This document shows positions 1 through 13,561 of a stretch of DNA of 64,000 nt, piece after piece. The DNA comes from the human T2T-CHM13v2.0 reference genome, Homo sapiens. Both the position numbers and the translations under genes were made by a program. Location of the stretch: NCBI RefSeq assembly GCF_009914755.1, contig NC_060931.1. One strand, 5' to 3'. The stretch's first letter is position 1. Every line of letters begins with the position of its first letter. The notes under the pieces were generated by a model. The model did no database searches, was not told the origin of the DNA, and saw only the letters and a list, made by a program, of their open reading frames with translations.

Positions 1-1479
1 ATGTTTTTAAAGCTAAAAAAAAAAAAAGTCTAGCAGGAGAAGAACCCACAGGTAGCACAAACCCAAGTCCTTGGAGGAGGCTAGACACTGTGACTAAGCA
101 AATCACATTCATATACCAGATCAAGGGGCAGGGAATGGGGCCCAACACTGAGGTCAGGAGCTGGTTGGTGTTAGAACAGATGATTCAAGGGATTCGCTAA
201 AGGATTCTCTTTGTTGCCTGACTTTAGTGCATTGCAGGGGTGAGTCAGACTCCAGGATGCAAAATCAGAGCAGATAAGGGTTTTCCTTCTTCTTTTTCTC
301 CCTCTCTTCAAGAATATTCAGTGGAGATTTTAAACAGCCTAGAATTCTCTAGTAAAGTGGTTTGGGGAATAGAATTATAGACTTCATCCTCTAAGCCCAT
401 TGAATTCTTCCCCATCATAAGCAGAGCCAGATACAAGTGAGCACATAACTTCTCATGTTAGTGAGAAGCTATTGATTATGGCTGGGACATACGGCAAAAC
501 CAACATTTCTCTCTCTAATGCTAGTGTTGGGAGCTTTCAAATCTAGAAGGACCAGCTGTGGTATATAGACATCAGAAGAGGGGTGGTTAAGGTAGGGAGC
601 CCCTAGAGCAAGGAAAAGTTATAAATCTAGGCAGGCAGTCAGAGTCAGGGGTGTTCCCAGGAGAGTTATTAGATCTCCAGCAAGGAAACACAGATCATGG
701 GTCCAAGGAAGAGCCAGAGGGAGTGGAGTTTTAAAGAAGCCAGACTTTCGGTGCTGGTGTGTTTCATGCTCTGTATCTTTTCTCTCCTGTACCTCATCTT
801 GGTTCTTTGAAGGCTTTCTGGGTTTAAGGGAATGTCTCCAGTTTGGGGAAATGCTGGGTCCACTTTCTGCACTCTTTCTTGGGAGAGAAGAAAGAAAAAC
901 AACCCAATAAAGAGAGAATGACCTAAGAGATATCTCAAAAGACCAGGGACCAAAAGCGGAGATTCCCAAAAAAACATTCTGAGAAAGCAGAAATAGTCAA
1001 CGCTTTGCCCTTCCATGGGAAGTTCCACTCTCTGAACGTGTTGGTCACTGGTTTGCTTTCTTCTCAGGGGTGACACAAGGTATGCAGAAACCCTCGAGGT
1101 CCCCTGGAGGGCAGAGTAAACCATCAACAACAGGTAGTCAGAGCCCAGCCTTATGGTCTGGAATTAAGCATCTAGAAGGATAGGGATGACAGGGGGAGGG
1201 CAAGAACAGTTAGGACCTCGCTTCTGGAGTAGCTAGAAAAACATGGAGAGATGGAAACAAACCAAGGACTGGGACATGAGGGAAGACAAGCTAGAAGCCC
1301 ACTTGCCGGGACCAATTTATCACATTAATATGGACTAGCCAAGAGGCTGACAATGCTGTGTCCTTTTGGAGCAATTAAAGAAATTCCTGACTGACTCTAA
1401 CTCAGGAGCATCTGAAAATGACCTGGTAAGGACATTATTAACAACTGAAAAATATCTACTGTAGATTGAATGCCATTCA

Positions 1480-1610
1480 TGAGTTAGGCAGTTTTCATTT
1501 ACTCTCCCATTTACTCTGGATGGTAAGGAAGGTGTGACTAGTCCATCTTACAGATGAGGAGAGTGAGGCTCAGAGAAATAAAATTGCTCATTAGCAAACA
1601 GTGGAAGCAG
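1480..1610 (-). mobile_element. MIR SINE fragment
   Basis: MIR core-like text CCATCTTACAGATGAGGAGAGTGAGGCTCAGAGA; boundaries approximate. Confidence 0.6.
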
Positions 1611-2369
1611 AGTGTAAGGGAATTGCATCATGATTGTACATGCTTTCCCTTATGCTTGTGAATGTTTATGATCTGAACTTCATTGTCTCAAGTAAGGTTT
1701 CTTCTCTTCGTCAACACCAGCTATCCATGGGAAAAGTTAAAATCCTACATTGCACCTCTGCCTTGGGAGCCAAATAAATGGGTCCATGTTCTTATTGACA
1801 GCTGCCTTTCCCTCCTCTTCTCTGTGAGACTGTGGAGGTGTTTATGAATGATAGATCCCATGCTCTGCACTGTCAAGTTGACTCTGGATATCTTTTAATT
1901 CTCCTCTCTGGAAGAAAAAAAAGTTTTTTTCCTAATAGAGCAACCACTTAACACTTGGAGTCTTTGAGAAGCAAAATGGTGGTCTTCAGATGGATCCACA
2001 AATTCCATTCACCCCCAAAAGGACCTATAAACGTGGCCGTCCACAAGAGATTAGTCAAAAATGCATTTTTTTTTCCTGACAAAATGAGTGGCAACAGTCT
2101 TTTGTTAGAATGATATCATAAAAAATTGAGTTTAAAAGTCTGATTCTTGTGTCTTAATACTGGGTGTGAGAGGCATATACATTCCTAAATTTGTTGAGAC
2201 AATATTTGACAAAGGTTTACAATAATATTCAAGGAGTGACCTCCATGGGCAGGGAAAGGGGCCTAGAAGTCCCCTCTCTGGAAACAGTCATGAGTGGGCT
2301 GGACAATCATTGGATGGAGACTGGGAGAGGTGGGCTGGACCTGGAGTCAACACCTACCTGCACACAACA

Positions 2370-2580
2370 ATCACCTGTGGTAATTTACAAACTGAGACAC
2401 TCAGAGTGAAGCTCAAGAACCTCTATTTTTTAACAAGCACCTCAAGTTATATTCATGTTGCTATGCAAGCTCCAGTTCTCTGAGAATCATTGCCCTAGAT
2501 CACTGTACTCCAAACTTCCCTGAAAGTAAGAATCATCTGGCAGCACTTGTTAAATGTTCACTACACCAGGCCTCTCTCAT
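2370..2580. mobile_element. MER5-type hAT-Charlie DNA transposon fragments
   Basis: TTTTTAACAAGCACCTCAAGTTAT...TGAGAATCATTGCCCTAG and AGAATCATCTGGCAGCACTTGTTAAA resemble MER5A/B. Confidence 0.45.
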
Positions 2581-2762
2581 GGACTTGGTGATGACTTGTG
2601 TAGAGTCCATGAATCAGTGGGGTTTGGGAATAACTGAACTAAAAGATTAACAGAATCCTTTATACCACTAAGATTTTGTAGCTTAGATGAAAGTTTCCAT
2701 TTAATTTTAGTTCTGCTCACATACAGTGAGAGTAAAGACAGATAACTTTGAAACAACATGGG

Positions 2763-3452
<690 letters not shown>

Positions 3453-3984
3453 ATGAGGGATTCTATGAAGCAGGGTAATAATGCTATGCTTCTCCTTTGC
3501 ATGTCCTCAACTCATTTATTTTTCTCTGTAGCACTTCACAAAATCAGAATTTCTACTTAGATTCTACCTTCTCAGCAGCTGCTTTCTTCTTTCTCTCTCA
3601 TTATGTAGTCCCATGCCAGCACAACTTAGGGGCAGAAAATGCATTGAGAGACATTTGAACACAGAATGCCTGGCTCACCTTGATGTGTTTTTCTTTTTTA
3701 CAGGATCTTCACTTTGTCTTTTGAAACTCCAGGCTCTTGGGGAAACTTAGCTTCCTTGGTATCTTGCTGATGCCTTCAAATGGTTGTACTTATTCTTGTT
3801 GTGTTTTTATACCCATCTTTTATAGTTATTTTCAGTGGAAGGTCTGTCTGAAACCAACGACTCCATCATGGTCAGAAGTGGAAGTCTGCCTGTTTTGGTT
3901 TTTAGTTGATTTAATATAGCAGCCTTAGAGATTCATTAAAAATTTAAGATTAAAAGTAAGATTTTTTAATGTTTTTGTCTGCCT

Positions 3985-5200
3985 TCACATTTTTGAGATA
4001 TGATTACATACAGCAAAATGCACAGATCTTAAATGTGCAGTTAGATGAGTTTTGACAGATGGGTATACTCCTGTAAATGTGTCATTTTATTCTTAATTAT
4101 ATTTTATTTATATTACCTAACAACCAACACCAAAATAGCTTCGGCATAATAGTCAAAATTCATAGATCAAGCCACATTTTCATAAATTGAAATTTCACAA
4201 GATTTACTTAAGCAACCGTGTGAATTACCATTGAAGTACAGCTCACCTCAGCACACAACCATGCCTGGCTCTTAGAGAATGAATGAATATCTTCTGGATT
4301 AAATTGTTGACTTTATTTTAAAAATTAAATTGCTCAAGTCTTTGCATTGAATAATAGCTCTAAGTTTGGCAATCTTGTTTGAGTCATTTTTTAAACCAAT
4401 TTTCATCAAAAACAGAAATCGTTTTATTGTTCAAAGGTAGAAAAATGTAGATAGGATTCCCCAAAATTTCCTCACCTGTAAGTTTATTCTAGATATAACC
4501 ATTATATACAGTTTGACATTTTATGCACAAAAAAATTATTTAAATAAAATATTGTACATAAATTTGTATAAAGTGTTTTCTCTTAAAACTTACCAATAAT
4601 CACTTGTCTCATGTCAACAATTATGCTTTCACACTTCCCTTTTAAATAGCTGCAGAGTTTATTGTATAGAATTTACTTAACAAACACTCTGTTGGAACTC
4701 TGGATTATTTCCATTAATTTACCATTAAAAACTACATTGTGTTATACATCTCCAAGTTGAAAATTTTTCCCAATTCACCCCTTATTTTCTTAGGATAAGT
4801 TTATATCAGTGGAACTACTTAGTCAATGATATGCAGATTTTCTAAAGACTTTTTTTTCATACAGCAGTTTCTCATGAGAAATTCTTTGCCAATTTGTACT
4901 TCATAGCTCATAGGAGAGATCTTAATTTCCCCCTTATTTCACTAACACCAGCAGAAAATGTCATGCCCTTGTTTTGATTTGTATTTCTTTTGTTACTATT
5001 GAGGTTGAGCCCTTTTTCTTATATTTATTTCCCTCCCATGTCTTATATTTTTCTTTTTTAAATGCCTATTTATAGCTTTCATCCTTTTTGGACTGCTTAT
5101 GTTTTTCTTATTGATCTGTAGTAGCTTGTTATATGTTAACTGTTGGAATTTCATATGTGTTAGAGATATTGTCCCCAGCTTGTCATTTGCCTCCTGGTTA
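3985..5200 (-). mobile_element. Old L1M (L1MC/L1ME-type) 3' fragments
   Basis: TTGAGATATGATTACATACAGCAAAATGCACAGATCTTAAATGTGCAG and TTTCTTATTGATCTGTAGTAGCTTG resemble L1M 3' regions; patchy. Confidence 0.55.
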
Positions 5201-5729
5201 TGTTTGCTGATCCAGTGCAGAACCCCATGGGGTGCAGAGTAGGAGGACATGAGAGAGCCAAGGCTGGAGAGTTAGGCACAGGCTAGGTCACCTAAGGGCT
5301 AGCTGCTCATGCAAAGGAGCAAGGAGGTGCTATTGACGAGGGTAGGACTTTAAAATATCTAGGGAGTGAAGTCTTCAGGTTTTGCTGACTGGATAAGGGA
5401 TGTGGGATCCAAGAAGGTGATGCAGGCAACACCAACTCTGGCGTTGGCCTTGAGGTGGACAGTAGTGTACTGAATTATTAATAAATGGTCATCAGGTAGA
5501 AGCATGTTTTGGAAGGAAAATGATAAGCATTAGAGTTACGGTCTTTGCTCCTGCAACAACCAGTATTTAGCTGTCAGAGCCTCACAGCTTAGTACAGCTC
5601 CTGGCACAGTGGATTGCTTAGTAAAATTGAAATGAATCCATTGTCGGCTTCCATCGAGAAAGATGATGATCTTCTCTTTGGTGCCTTTTTGATCTCTGTG
5701 CCTAGTACTGGCAGCCTCACAATTAATTT

Positions 5730-6060
5730 AATTTAATTTAATTTCATTTAATTTAATTTAATTTAATTTAATTTTTTGAGATGGAGTCTCACTCTGTCAC
5801 CCAGGCCAGAGTGCAGTGGCACGATCTCGGCTCACTGCAACCTCCGCCTCCCGAATTCAAGCGATTCTCCTGCCTCAGCCTCCCTGAGTAGATGGGACAA
5901 CAGGCACCCACCACCATGCCCAGCTCATTTCTGTATTTTTAGTAGAGACGGGGTTTCGCCACATTGGCCTGGCTGGTCTTGAACTCCTGACCTCAGGTGA
6001 TCCATCTGCCTTGGCCTCCCAAAGTGCCGGGATTATAGACGTGAGCCACCACACCCGGCC
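5730..6060 (-). mobile_element. AluS, full length, with (TAAAT)n tail
   Basis: Reverse Alu dimer; tail reads (ATTTA)n on the plus strand; TSD CACAATTAATTT at 5718-5729 and 6061-6072. Confidence 0.97.
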
Positions 6061-6097
6061 CACAATTAATTTTAATAATCTCACTTCTGCTTCCTAG

Positions 6098-6229
6098 GAA
6101 CCGGAAGACAGTAAAGGTCATAAATGATGTACCTTTTACATCTGGCAGAGGGCCAGGACAGTTCTGGGGTTCATATTTCTCTCCTTCTCTACTCTGAGGT
6201 TTATACGGCCCCCCCCCCCCCCGCCCAAG
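6098..6229 (+). other. Candidate non-coding (lncRNA-type) internal exon, 132 nt
   Basis: Branch-like CTCAC, pyrimidine tract TTCTGCTTCCTAG|G acceptor, consensus donor AAG|GTAAGT; stops in all three frames. Confidence 0.35.
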
Positions 6230-6984
6230 GTAAGTGTTTCTAAAGTTCTCATGGATTTCCTGTTAGAATCCAACAAGTTGCATTTACTGCTTTTCAATCT
6301 TCAGCATCTTCTTTGTGGCTGGGGTAAAGAAGCTCACTGTGGACTCTCATTCAGTCTTGGGTGCATTGGGCAACCTCTGGGAAAAGCACTGCTCTGATGA
6401 ACAGGGGAATGAATGACCACTGCCACACAGGCAGGTTTGGGGAGCTGCAGGCCATCCTGTTCGGTGCTGGTGTGCTAGCTATGGGGGTAAACAAAGGCAA
6501 AGAGGTTCTCAGGTCGGGGTGGTGGGTGGATAGAGAGAGGAATGTGAAAGAGAGAGATCTAAACAGAAAAGCTTGCCAGAAATTCAGAAAAAAAAACCCA
6601 CCTTTTAATTCTGTAGTTCCCAATATTCACAGCTGTTATAAAGCTCACATTTGGGCTAATTCCACAAGTTATTAATCATCCACTGCTCGCTATATTGGAC
6701 TTGTGGATCACATCAGAGCTCCACAAGCAATTAAAAGTCCTCCTTTGCTTGTGAAATGGCCTAACTATAAATCTCAGGAGGGTCAGCCCTGTTCTTCACC
6801 TGAGATACCTGGAAGTCATGCTGACCTCCACTCATCCATCCCATGAACAGGTCGAAGGATTTGGCAACATGCTGAACAAGCTTTGTCCTGGGTCCTTGGG
6901 AGGGGTTGGAGGTGGGGCGAGGCAGTACTATGGTCTCTTTCATAAGTAAACCTTTGCAGTCTCTAATATTTTATACTATCTCTT

Positions 6985-7300
6985 TCATTCACACTTAAAA
7001 TAGTATGAGGAACCTACTTCGTGTCCTGCCATGCCAGGCATGGATGATTCTGAGATGAATAAAACACAGTCCTTGCCCTGGGGAAGCTAATGGTCGGGGT
7101 AAGAAACAGGCACGTCAAAGCTTACAATTTAGTGTCATCGTTGCTGTACAGATGGAGGCACTAAGTCCTGTGCGGTCATGACAAAGGATGCAAGTAACTC
7201 TACGTGTTGGGCCATAAGAAAAGGCTTTGTAGAGAGAAGGTCTATGCAACTCAGGCTTTTACCAGTACAAGGGATTTCAGCAGGAGAAAAGTCTGGAGGG
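6985..7300 (-). mobile_element. L2 LINE 3' fragment
   Basis: TTCATTCACACTTAAAATAGTATGAGGAACCTACT...GATGAATAAAACACAGTCCTTGCCCTGGGGAAGCT matches the L2 3' end in antisense. Confidence 0.6.
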
Positions 7301-8210
7301 AGAAGCTATGAAGCAGAGGGAACCACAGTGCACACAGAGGCATGGAAGATTCCCGAAGACAGTGGCTGCAGCAGAGGGTGTCTGGCAAGAGAGGATGGAG
7401 TTGAGGCTGGAAAGCTGCAGTGTAGGAAGAGGTTGTTGCCATGTGTGTATATTTTCTGCAGAAGAAAAGAAAAGCACTACTTCTAGGGTGATATTATGTT
7501 GTATGTAGAGAAAACTCTGGGACACCATGCAGAAGTGGGATGTGGGATAGAAAACTTAGGCTGGAGAACTGATGCTATTAACTGTAAATTCCATTTCATT
7601 ATCAGCAACAAATATTTATGCAGCCTCTGGAGGGAAGGAAGTCCCACAGTCAGTGATGAGTGGAAGATACAGAGGCCAAACAAAAGGCACAGTCCTTGAG
7701 TCATTGTGTTTGCAATTTAAGATGCACACACTGGGATGAAACACAAGAGAATGAATAGTGAGACAGATGTAACGCTTTTGCTAAACAACTCTTATCTACA
7801 AAGCTTTGCTATGCTTTTGTATTTTGTTGGCATCTTAGCACATTGGCTTTCAAATGTTTTTGACCATAACCAAAAGTTAGAAATATATTTTCATGCCATG
7901 ATCCAGAATCCATAAAAAAATTTCACCGAGTACTATTGAGATACACTCTGATATTTTACAGGCTATTACGTTTTAATTTTTTTTTAATGCTGGTTTCTGA
8001 CCCTCTAAATTGATTCTGTGACCCACTGTTGGGTTATAACTGTTGGCTTGAAAATTCCGGCTTTCCCATGTCTTGGAGGGGGAAATGTTGGAGGAAATGG
8101 AACAGATGGGGGAGTGAAAGAGTGAGCGTGACTGCAGTGAGGGAAGGGACCGCATGAGCAATTGCCACATCAAATTCCCATGACCAAAGAGGGCACTAAA
8201 TGAACAGGGC

Positions 8211-8255
8211 CCAGCCTGGGCCACATAGTGAGACTCTGCCTCTACAAAAAAAAAA

Positions 8256-8286
<31 letters not shown>

Positions 8287-8601
8287 ATATAGATAGATAG
8301 ATATATAGATATCTATATATATATAGATATATAGATATCTAGATATCTATATATAGATATATAGATATATATAGATATATAGATATCTATATATATAGAT
8401 ATCTATATATATATAGATATATAGATATATAGATATCTATATACATATATAGAGAGAGAGAGAGCTGGGTATGGTGGCACACACCTGTAGTCCCAGCTAC
8501 TCGGGAGGCTGAGTCAGGAGGATCCCTCAACTCCAGGCTTTTGAGGCTGCAGTAAGCCATGATGGTGCCAATGCACTCCAGCTTGGGCAATGGACTGAGC
8601 C
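8211..8601 (+). mobile_element. 5'-truncated AluJ whose central A-rich linker has expanded into a ~210 bp microsatellite
   Basis: Left-arm end CCAGCCTGGGCCACATAGTGAGACTCTGCCTCTACAAAAA, then (TATC/GATA/TA)n, then right arm GCTGGGTATGGTGGCACACACCTGTAGTCCCAGC; no A tail. Confidence 0.9.
8256..8464. repeat. Compound (TATC)n/(TA)n/(TAGA)n/(GA)n microsatellite
   Basis: Directly visible; contains a perfect 32 bp palindrome at 8272-8303. Confidence 0.97.
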
Positions 8602-8704
8602 AAGGGTGCTTCACTAAGAAGGAGGATTTATTTTTCCCCACATTAGGAGACAATTTCCTGATATCTGGTAAAACTCTAGAGTAGCATTTATAAAGCTCTG
8701 TTGC

Positions 8705-9071
<367 letters not shown>

Positions 9072-9372
9072 TTAAAAATTTGTTGAGTGGTCAAATAAGT
9101 TTGGCAGATGCCAAAATATATATCCCCAATGTGGATGGTCACATTGCATAAAGAGCTGAAAATATCTGCAGTAATAAAATCATTTTATCCTTTAAAAAAA
9201 AACAACAGGACTTAATTTATTTACTATAGAGACTTTTCTGTTCTCTTTTCTAATCCCATGTGTTGGAGCACAGGTTGGGAAATGCAGGTGTAGATGGCAC
9301 CATTGCAGAAGATAGGCTGAGGGTGAGGCTTACTGGCAGAGGGTTAGCATCCCTGGGGACCTCCCCGCTGTG

Positions 9373-9700
9373 CAGGGTTTAACCAGGCCAACTTTTTTCC
9401 ACAAGGGGCCAGATAGTAAGTATTTTAGGCTTTTCTGTTGCAACTGCTCAACTCTGCCATTGTAGTGTGTAAGCAGCCACAGACAATACATAAAGGAGTG
9501 AGCAGGCTGTGTTCCAATTCAAGTTTACATAGGGACACTGGAATTTGAATTTCATATGATTTTCCTGTGACAAAAAATCTATTCTTCTTTTGATTTTTTT
9601 CAACCATATAAAAATGTAAAAACCATTCTTAGCTCCTAGGCTGTACAAAAACAGGCAGTGGGCTGGATTTGGCCCGTGGGCCATAGTTTGCCAACTGCTG
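9373..9700. mobile_element. MER58B hAT-Charlie MITE
   Basis: AAGGGGCCAGATAGTAAGTATTTTAGGC...GGCTGGATTTGGCCCGTGGGCCATAGTTTGCCAACTGCTG, ~330 bp. Confidence 0.85.
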
Positions 9701-9864
9701 GTCTAAATATTGAGATACTTGCCTCTTTGAAACGCAAAGGAGAGTGCAAGATAGGTAGAATGTCCCCTTTCCCTCCACAGCTACAAGACACTTTGGAAAT
9801 AGCCCTGATCCTGGGGGAAAAATTTCACACAGGCCTGCTTTGTGCCCTAAGATTTCTGCTGTCC

Positions 9865-10177
9865 TTTTTTTTTTTTTTTTTTTTGTTTTGTTGAGACGGA
9901 GTCTTGCTCTGTCGCCCAGGCTGGAGTGGAGTGCAGTGGTGCCATCTTGGCTCACTGCAAGCTCCGCCTCCTGGTTCATGCCGTTCTCCTGCCTCAGCCT
10001 CCCAAGTAGCTGGGACCACAGGTGCCTGCCACCAGGCCCAGCTAATTTTTTGTATTTTTAGTAGAGACAGCGTTTCACTGTGTTAGCCAGGATGGTCTCA
10101 ATCTCTTGACCTCATGATCCGCATGCCTCGGCCTCCCAAAGTGCTGGGATTACAGGCGTGAGCCACCACGCCCGGTC
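9865..10177 (-). mobile_element. AluY, full length
   Basis: AluY diagnostics GCAAGCTCCGCC and TGTTAGCCAGGATGGTCTC; TSD TCTGCTGTCC at 9855-9864 and 10178-10187. Confidence 0.95.
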
Positions 10178-10811
10178 TCTGCTGTCCATTTTAAACTTGC
10201 CACTCCTTCTCATACTGGTAAGGGACCACTTGGCTTAGCCCAGGAACCCTTTGGAAGCCTTCCTTGACCCCACAGGTGGCTGAGAGCTCATGTGTCCCCC
10301 TTCCGTCCTATGTCTCTGGCTGCCCTTGCCCTGCACCCCATATATGACAGCTGTTCTGGCCAGCAGCTGCTCAGGGGTCTTCCTGCTCAAAAATTTCCAC
10401 CACAGCCAGAGAGAAAATCATTTGAAGTCTCAAATTTTATCTTAGGAGAAATAAATTTTAATTCTGCATTCTACTCTATGATACTTACTCTAATATAAAA
10501 AATTAATATGTTTTCCTCAGAAAAGTATTCTAGTAAAATCCATGCTCCGTGAAGAGCTGTTCTTACTTGGTTCAAATATCAACCACTGGCACAATGCCAC
10601 TTAGCCTATTTCTGGAAGCACAGGCCTATGTGATAAATTTGAAAATCCTGGCACTTAGCGCCCAGCAAATCCAGTCCCAGCCTCTCTTTCCAGACTCTCT
10701 TCCAACAATTTTTCTTCTGCCTATAGATACCAGGCCAGGTGGCCACCACTCCTGAAAGCCTCCATGATCTTTTAAGCTGATGTGATTTTTGTTGCCCATG
10801 GGATAATAATG

Positions 10812-11034
10812 TTTCTTTTCTTTCTTTCTTTCTTTCTTTTTTTTTTTTTTGGACAGGTTGTTACTCTGTAGCCCAGGCTGGAGTGCAGTGGCAGCAGCCT
10901 CAACCTCCTGGGCTTAGGTGATTCTCCCACCTCTGCTTCCTGAGTAGCTGGGACTACAGGTGCATGCCACCACACCCAGCTAATTTTTGTATTTTTTTTT
11001 TTTTGTAGCGATTGGGTTTTGCCATGTTGCCCAG
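10812..11034 (-). mobile_element. AluJ, 5'-truncated, with a small internal deletion
   Basis: (TTTC)n/T tail, right arm, ends GCCATGTTGCCCAG. Confidence 0.9.
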
Positions 11035-11567
11035 TATTCTCCATGATATTTGACTCCTGTTGTATACTCCTTGGTGTAATCCCTTCACCTCAAGGGTGGA
11101 CAGGACTTGGCACTTCCTTCTATCCCACAGAATATGGCAAAGGTGGCAGACGTCACTTTTAAGTTTAAGACTCCTTCACACTGTTAAACCCATCCTAGAG
11201 GTGCTTCTGGCTGGCTCAATGAAGTAAGCAGCCACACTGGGGGGTCCATGTGGGAAAGACTGTGAGTGGCCCCTAGTTGCTAAGGGCAGCCTGTGGCTGA
11301 CAGCACAAAGCCCAGAACTCAGTCCCGCATCTCCTTGGCTATGAACTCTGTGGATAACCTGAGTGAACTTAGAAGGGGATCTCCCCCAGAGCCTCCAGGA
11401 AGAAACGTAGCCCAGCTGACACCTCCATCCCAGCCTTGTGAGACCTGAGGCAGGAAATCCTGCTAAGAGGTGCTTGGATTCCAGACTTGTGGAAACTGTG
11501 AGACAATAAATGTATGTTGTAAACTGCTACATTTCTGGTAATTTGTTATGCTGTAGTAGAAAACTAA
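11035..11567 (+). mobile_element. MLT1 (MLT1E/F-like) MaLR LTR
   Basis: CAGAATATGGCAAAGGTG...GAAACTGTGAGACAATAAATGTATGTTGT...GGTAATTTGTTATGCTGTAGTAGAAAACTAA. Confidence 0.8.
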
Positions 11568-12174
11568 GGCCCTCCCTTCCCCCAGTGGACTGTGCCCTGA
11601 CAACTGTGCTCTGTGTGAAGGGCATGCTCGTTAAATACTCATCCCAGGAATTCTTAACGAATGAATGAAGCTTATAACACTCCACACCACATCACATACA
11701 ATTCATGAAAACGTTGGAGGCAGAACTTCAGCATGAGCGAAGTATCTGTTTTTTAGTTTGTTTCTTTTCCCACTTCTCCATCCTCATCCCCATGGAAATA
11801 TAAACAACAAGGTTACAGAAAAATAGAAAACCAAAACAGTAGAAAAAAAATGGAACACCTATTTGCTAACCCCCATAGCTAGCCTAGTTGTTAATGATTA
11901 ACCAAGTCACTTAAACCTGAGCTTCCTGGCAGCCTGGTGAGGAAGGAGAAAGTTTATGAATTCCATGGTTCTCGACTGTGGGATTAGGAAGTCCAGATCA
12001 GGTCTTTAGGGGGGCACAATATTTTGCACTGGATCCGTTTTTTTCTTCTTTTTTTTTTACTACTGCCCTTTGGAGCTTAGAACATGGTCTGTAAAAGTGA
12101 GCTTTCTCTAGGCAGGGCTGGCTTATGCTGTGGTATGAGAATCTCTGGAAGTTGATTGAAAAAGATTATGTATA

Positions 12175-13038
12175 TGTTGAGAACTGCAGAACTCTGGGCA
12201 CCTAATGACTCAGTACAAACCTCTGTACTAAGAGATGACCCAACTCTAGCCTGGCTTCTAGCGTCCCTGTCCATAGGATGCCCCAGCCCCTACTTAAATG
12301 CCTGCCTGAGGAAGCTAAAACCTGCCAGGAGAATTTACTATTTGTTCAAGCCAACACCTTATGTTAGGTTCCTGACTCTTTCCTTAGAGCATTTACAAGG
12401 AAGGGCTTAGACTTGCTCATTCTACATGTGCAATATGAAAAATATAGTTAATAACTGTGTATTGTATTCAGAATTTTTGCTGAATGAGTAGATTATAACT
12501 GCTCTGGGGTGGGGACTGATGAGCAACTGCGTGAGATGATCAAACGTTATTTTGTTTCACTGTAGTAACCATGTTACTATATAGTATCTCATAACATCAT
12601 GTTGTGTACCTTAAATATACACAATAACATTGATTTAAAAATAAAAACAAAAAGGGCTTACATTTGTGAATATGCATCTCCTGTAACTCTGAAGTATACT
12701 TCTCAAGGACCCGAAAGTGATTACTGTGAAAAGTCATCATCAGGAAGGCTAGGGCCCCTGTCCCCCATCTCAGTAGGTGGGTAGAATCCTAACTTGTCAA
12801 CTCACAAACACAGCTGGCCCAAAGGCATTAATGCTGGCCAACCCTTCGCAGTTTTTTGCCTCTCTGAATCTGCTGAGCCCCTGCTTACCCCCTCCCTACT
12901 CCCTCACTCCCTTTGCAATCCCAGTCACCTCTATGCAAATCACAATGGAGTTCAGTTCTTTCTCCTCCCATCAGTAATTACTGAATAAAATCTGTTTTCA
13001 CTGCTTTAACTAACATCTAGCTGGGTCTGTCTTTGACA
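12175..13038 (+). mobile_element. ERV1-class solo LTR (MER39/LTR48-like), interrupted by an L1 3' fragment
   Basis: TG...CA ends (TGTTGAGAAC...CTTTGACA), AATAAA near 12985, MER4-group-like text; subfamily uncertain. Confidence 0.6.
12410..12651 (+). mobile_element. L1MA-type 3' end, strongly 5'-truncated
   Basis: ATAGTTAATAACTGTGTATTGTATT...CATCATGTTGTGTACCTTAAATATACACAAT plus A-rich tail; TSD AAGGGCTTA at 12401-12409 and 12652-12660. Confidence 0.8.
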
Positions 13039-13561
13039 ATGTGTATATGTCTATGCATTTGTATGTGAGATACACATGTGATTTTAAAGGAGACCCAAGG
13101 AAGAGCTCCCAAACCCACCTGCGAGCCTGGAAAGGCTTTCTGAGGGTCCTAAGCCATGTCATGGAGGTTTGCTACCAGAGAATCCAGGAGAAAAAAACAC
13201 ATAAATGCTGGTAGTCAAATTCCGTAAGGAAATAAACCCAGCTTTTTGTTTGTGTATTTGTTTTGTTTTTGTTTTGTTAAGCAGATCACCTTGATGGGAC
13301 AATTTGGCCTATCCAGGCAGGATCAACAAGAGGAATTCAAGGAGAAAGCAAATTGTTTTGCAAATAGAGTAAGATATGTTTTGCATTTCCAAAGGCAATG
13401 CAAGAAGGAAGGACAAACGGAGGTGGGAACAGGCTCAATCCAAGACGAGGTGAGAAGAGCTAGGGAAGACAGAGAATCCAAAGAGGGCAAGAGGCAGTGT
13501 GTATCCTGTACGCCAGTGCCCCAGCTTCTAGCTATATTTTTGTCCCCACCAGGCCTGAAGC

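Noticed and set aside
237-247. GGG|GTGAGT donor overlapping an AP-1 site TGAGTCA
   Set aside because: No matching acceptor or start site can be established at the window edge; isolated short motifs are common
619-1130. Two overlapping minus-strand ORFs (116 and 153 aa) in apparently unique DNA
   Set aside because: Non-ATG starts, no recognisable domain, no supporting exon structure
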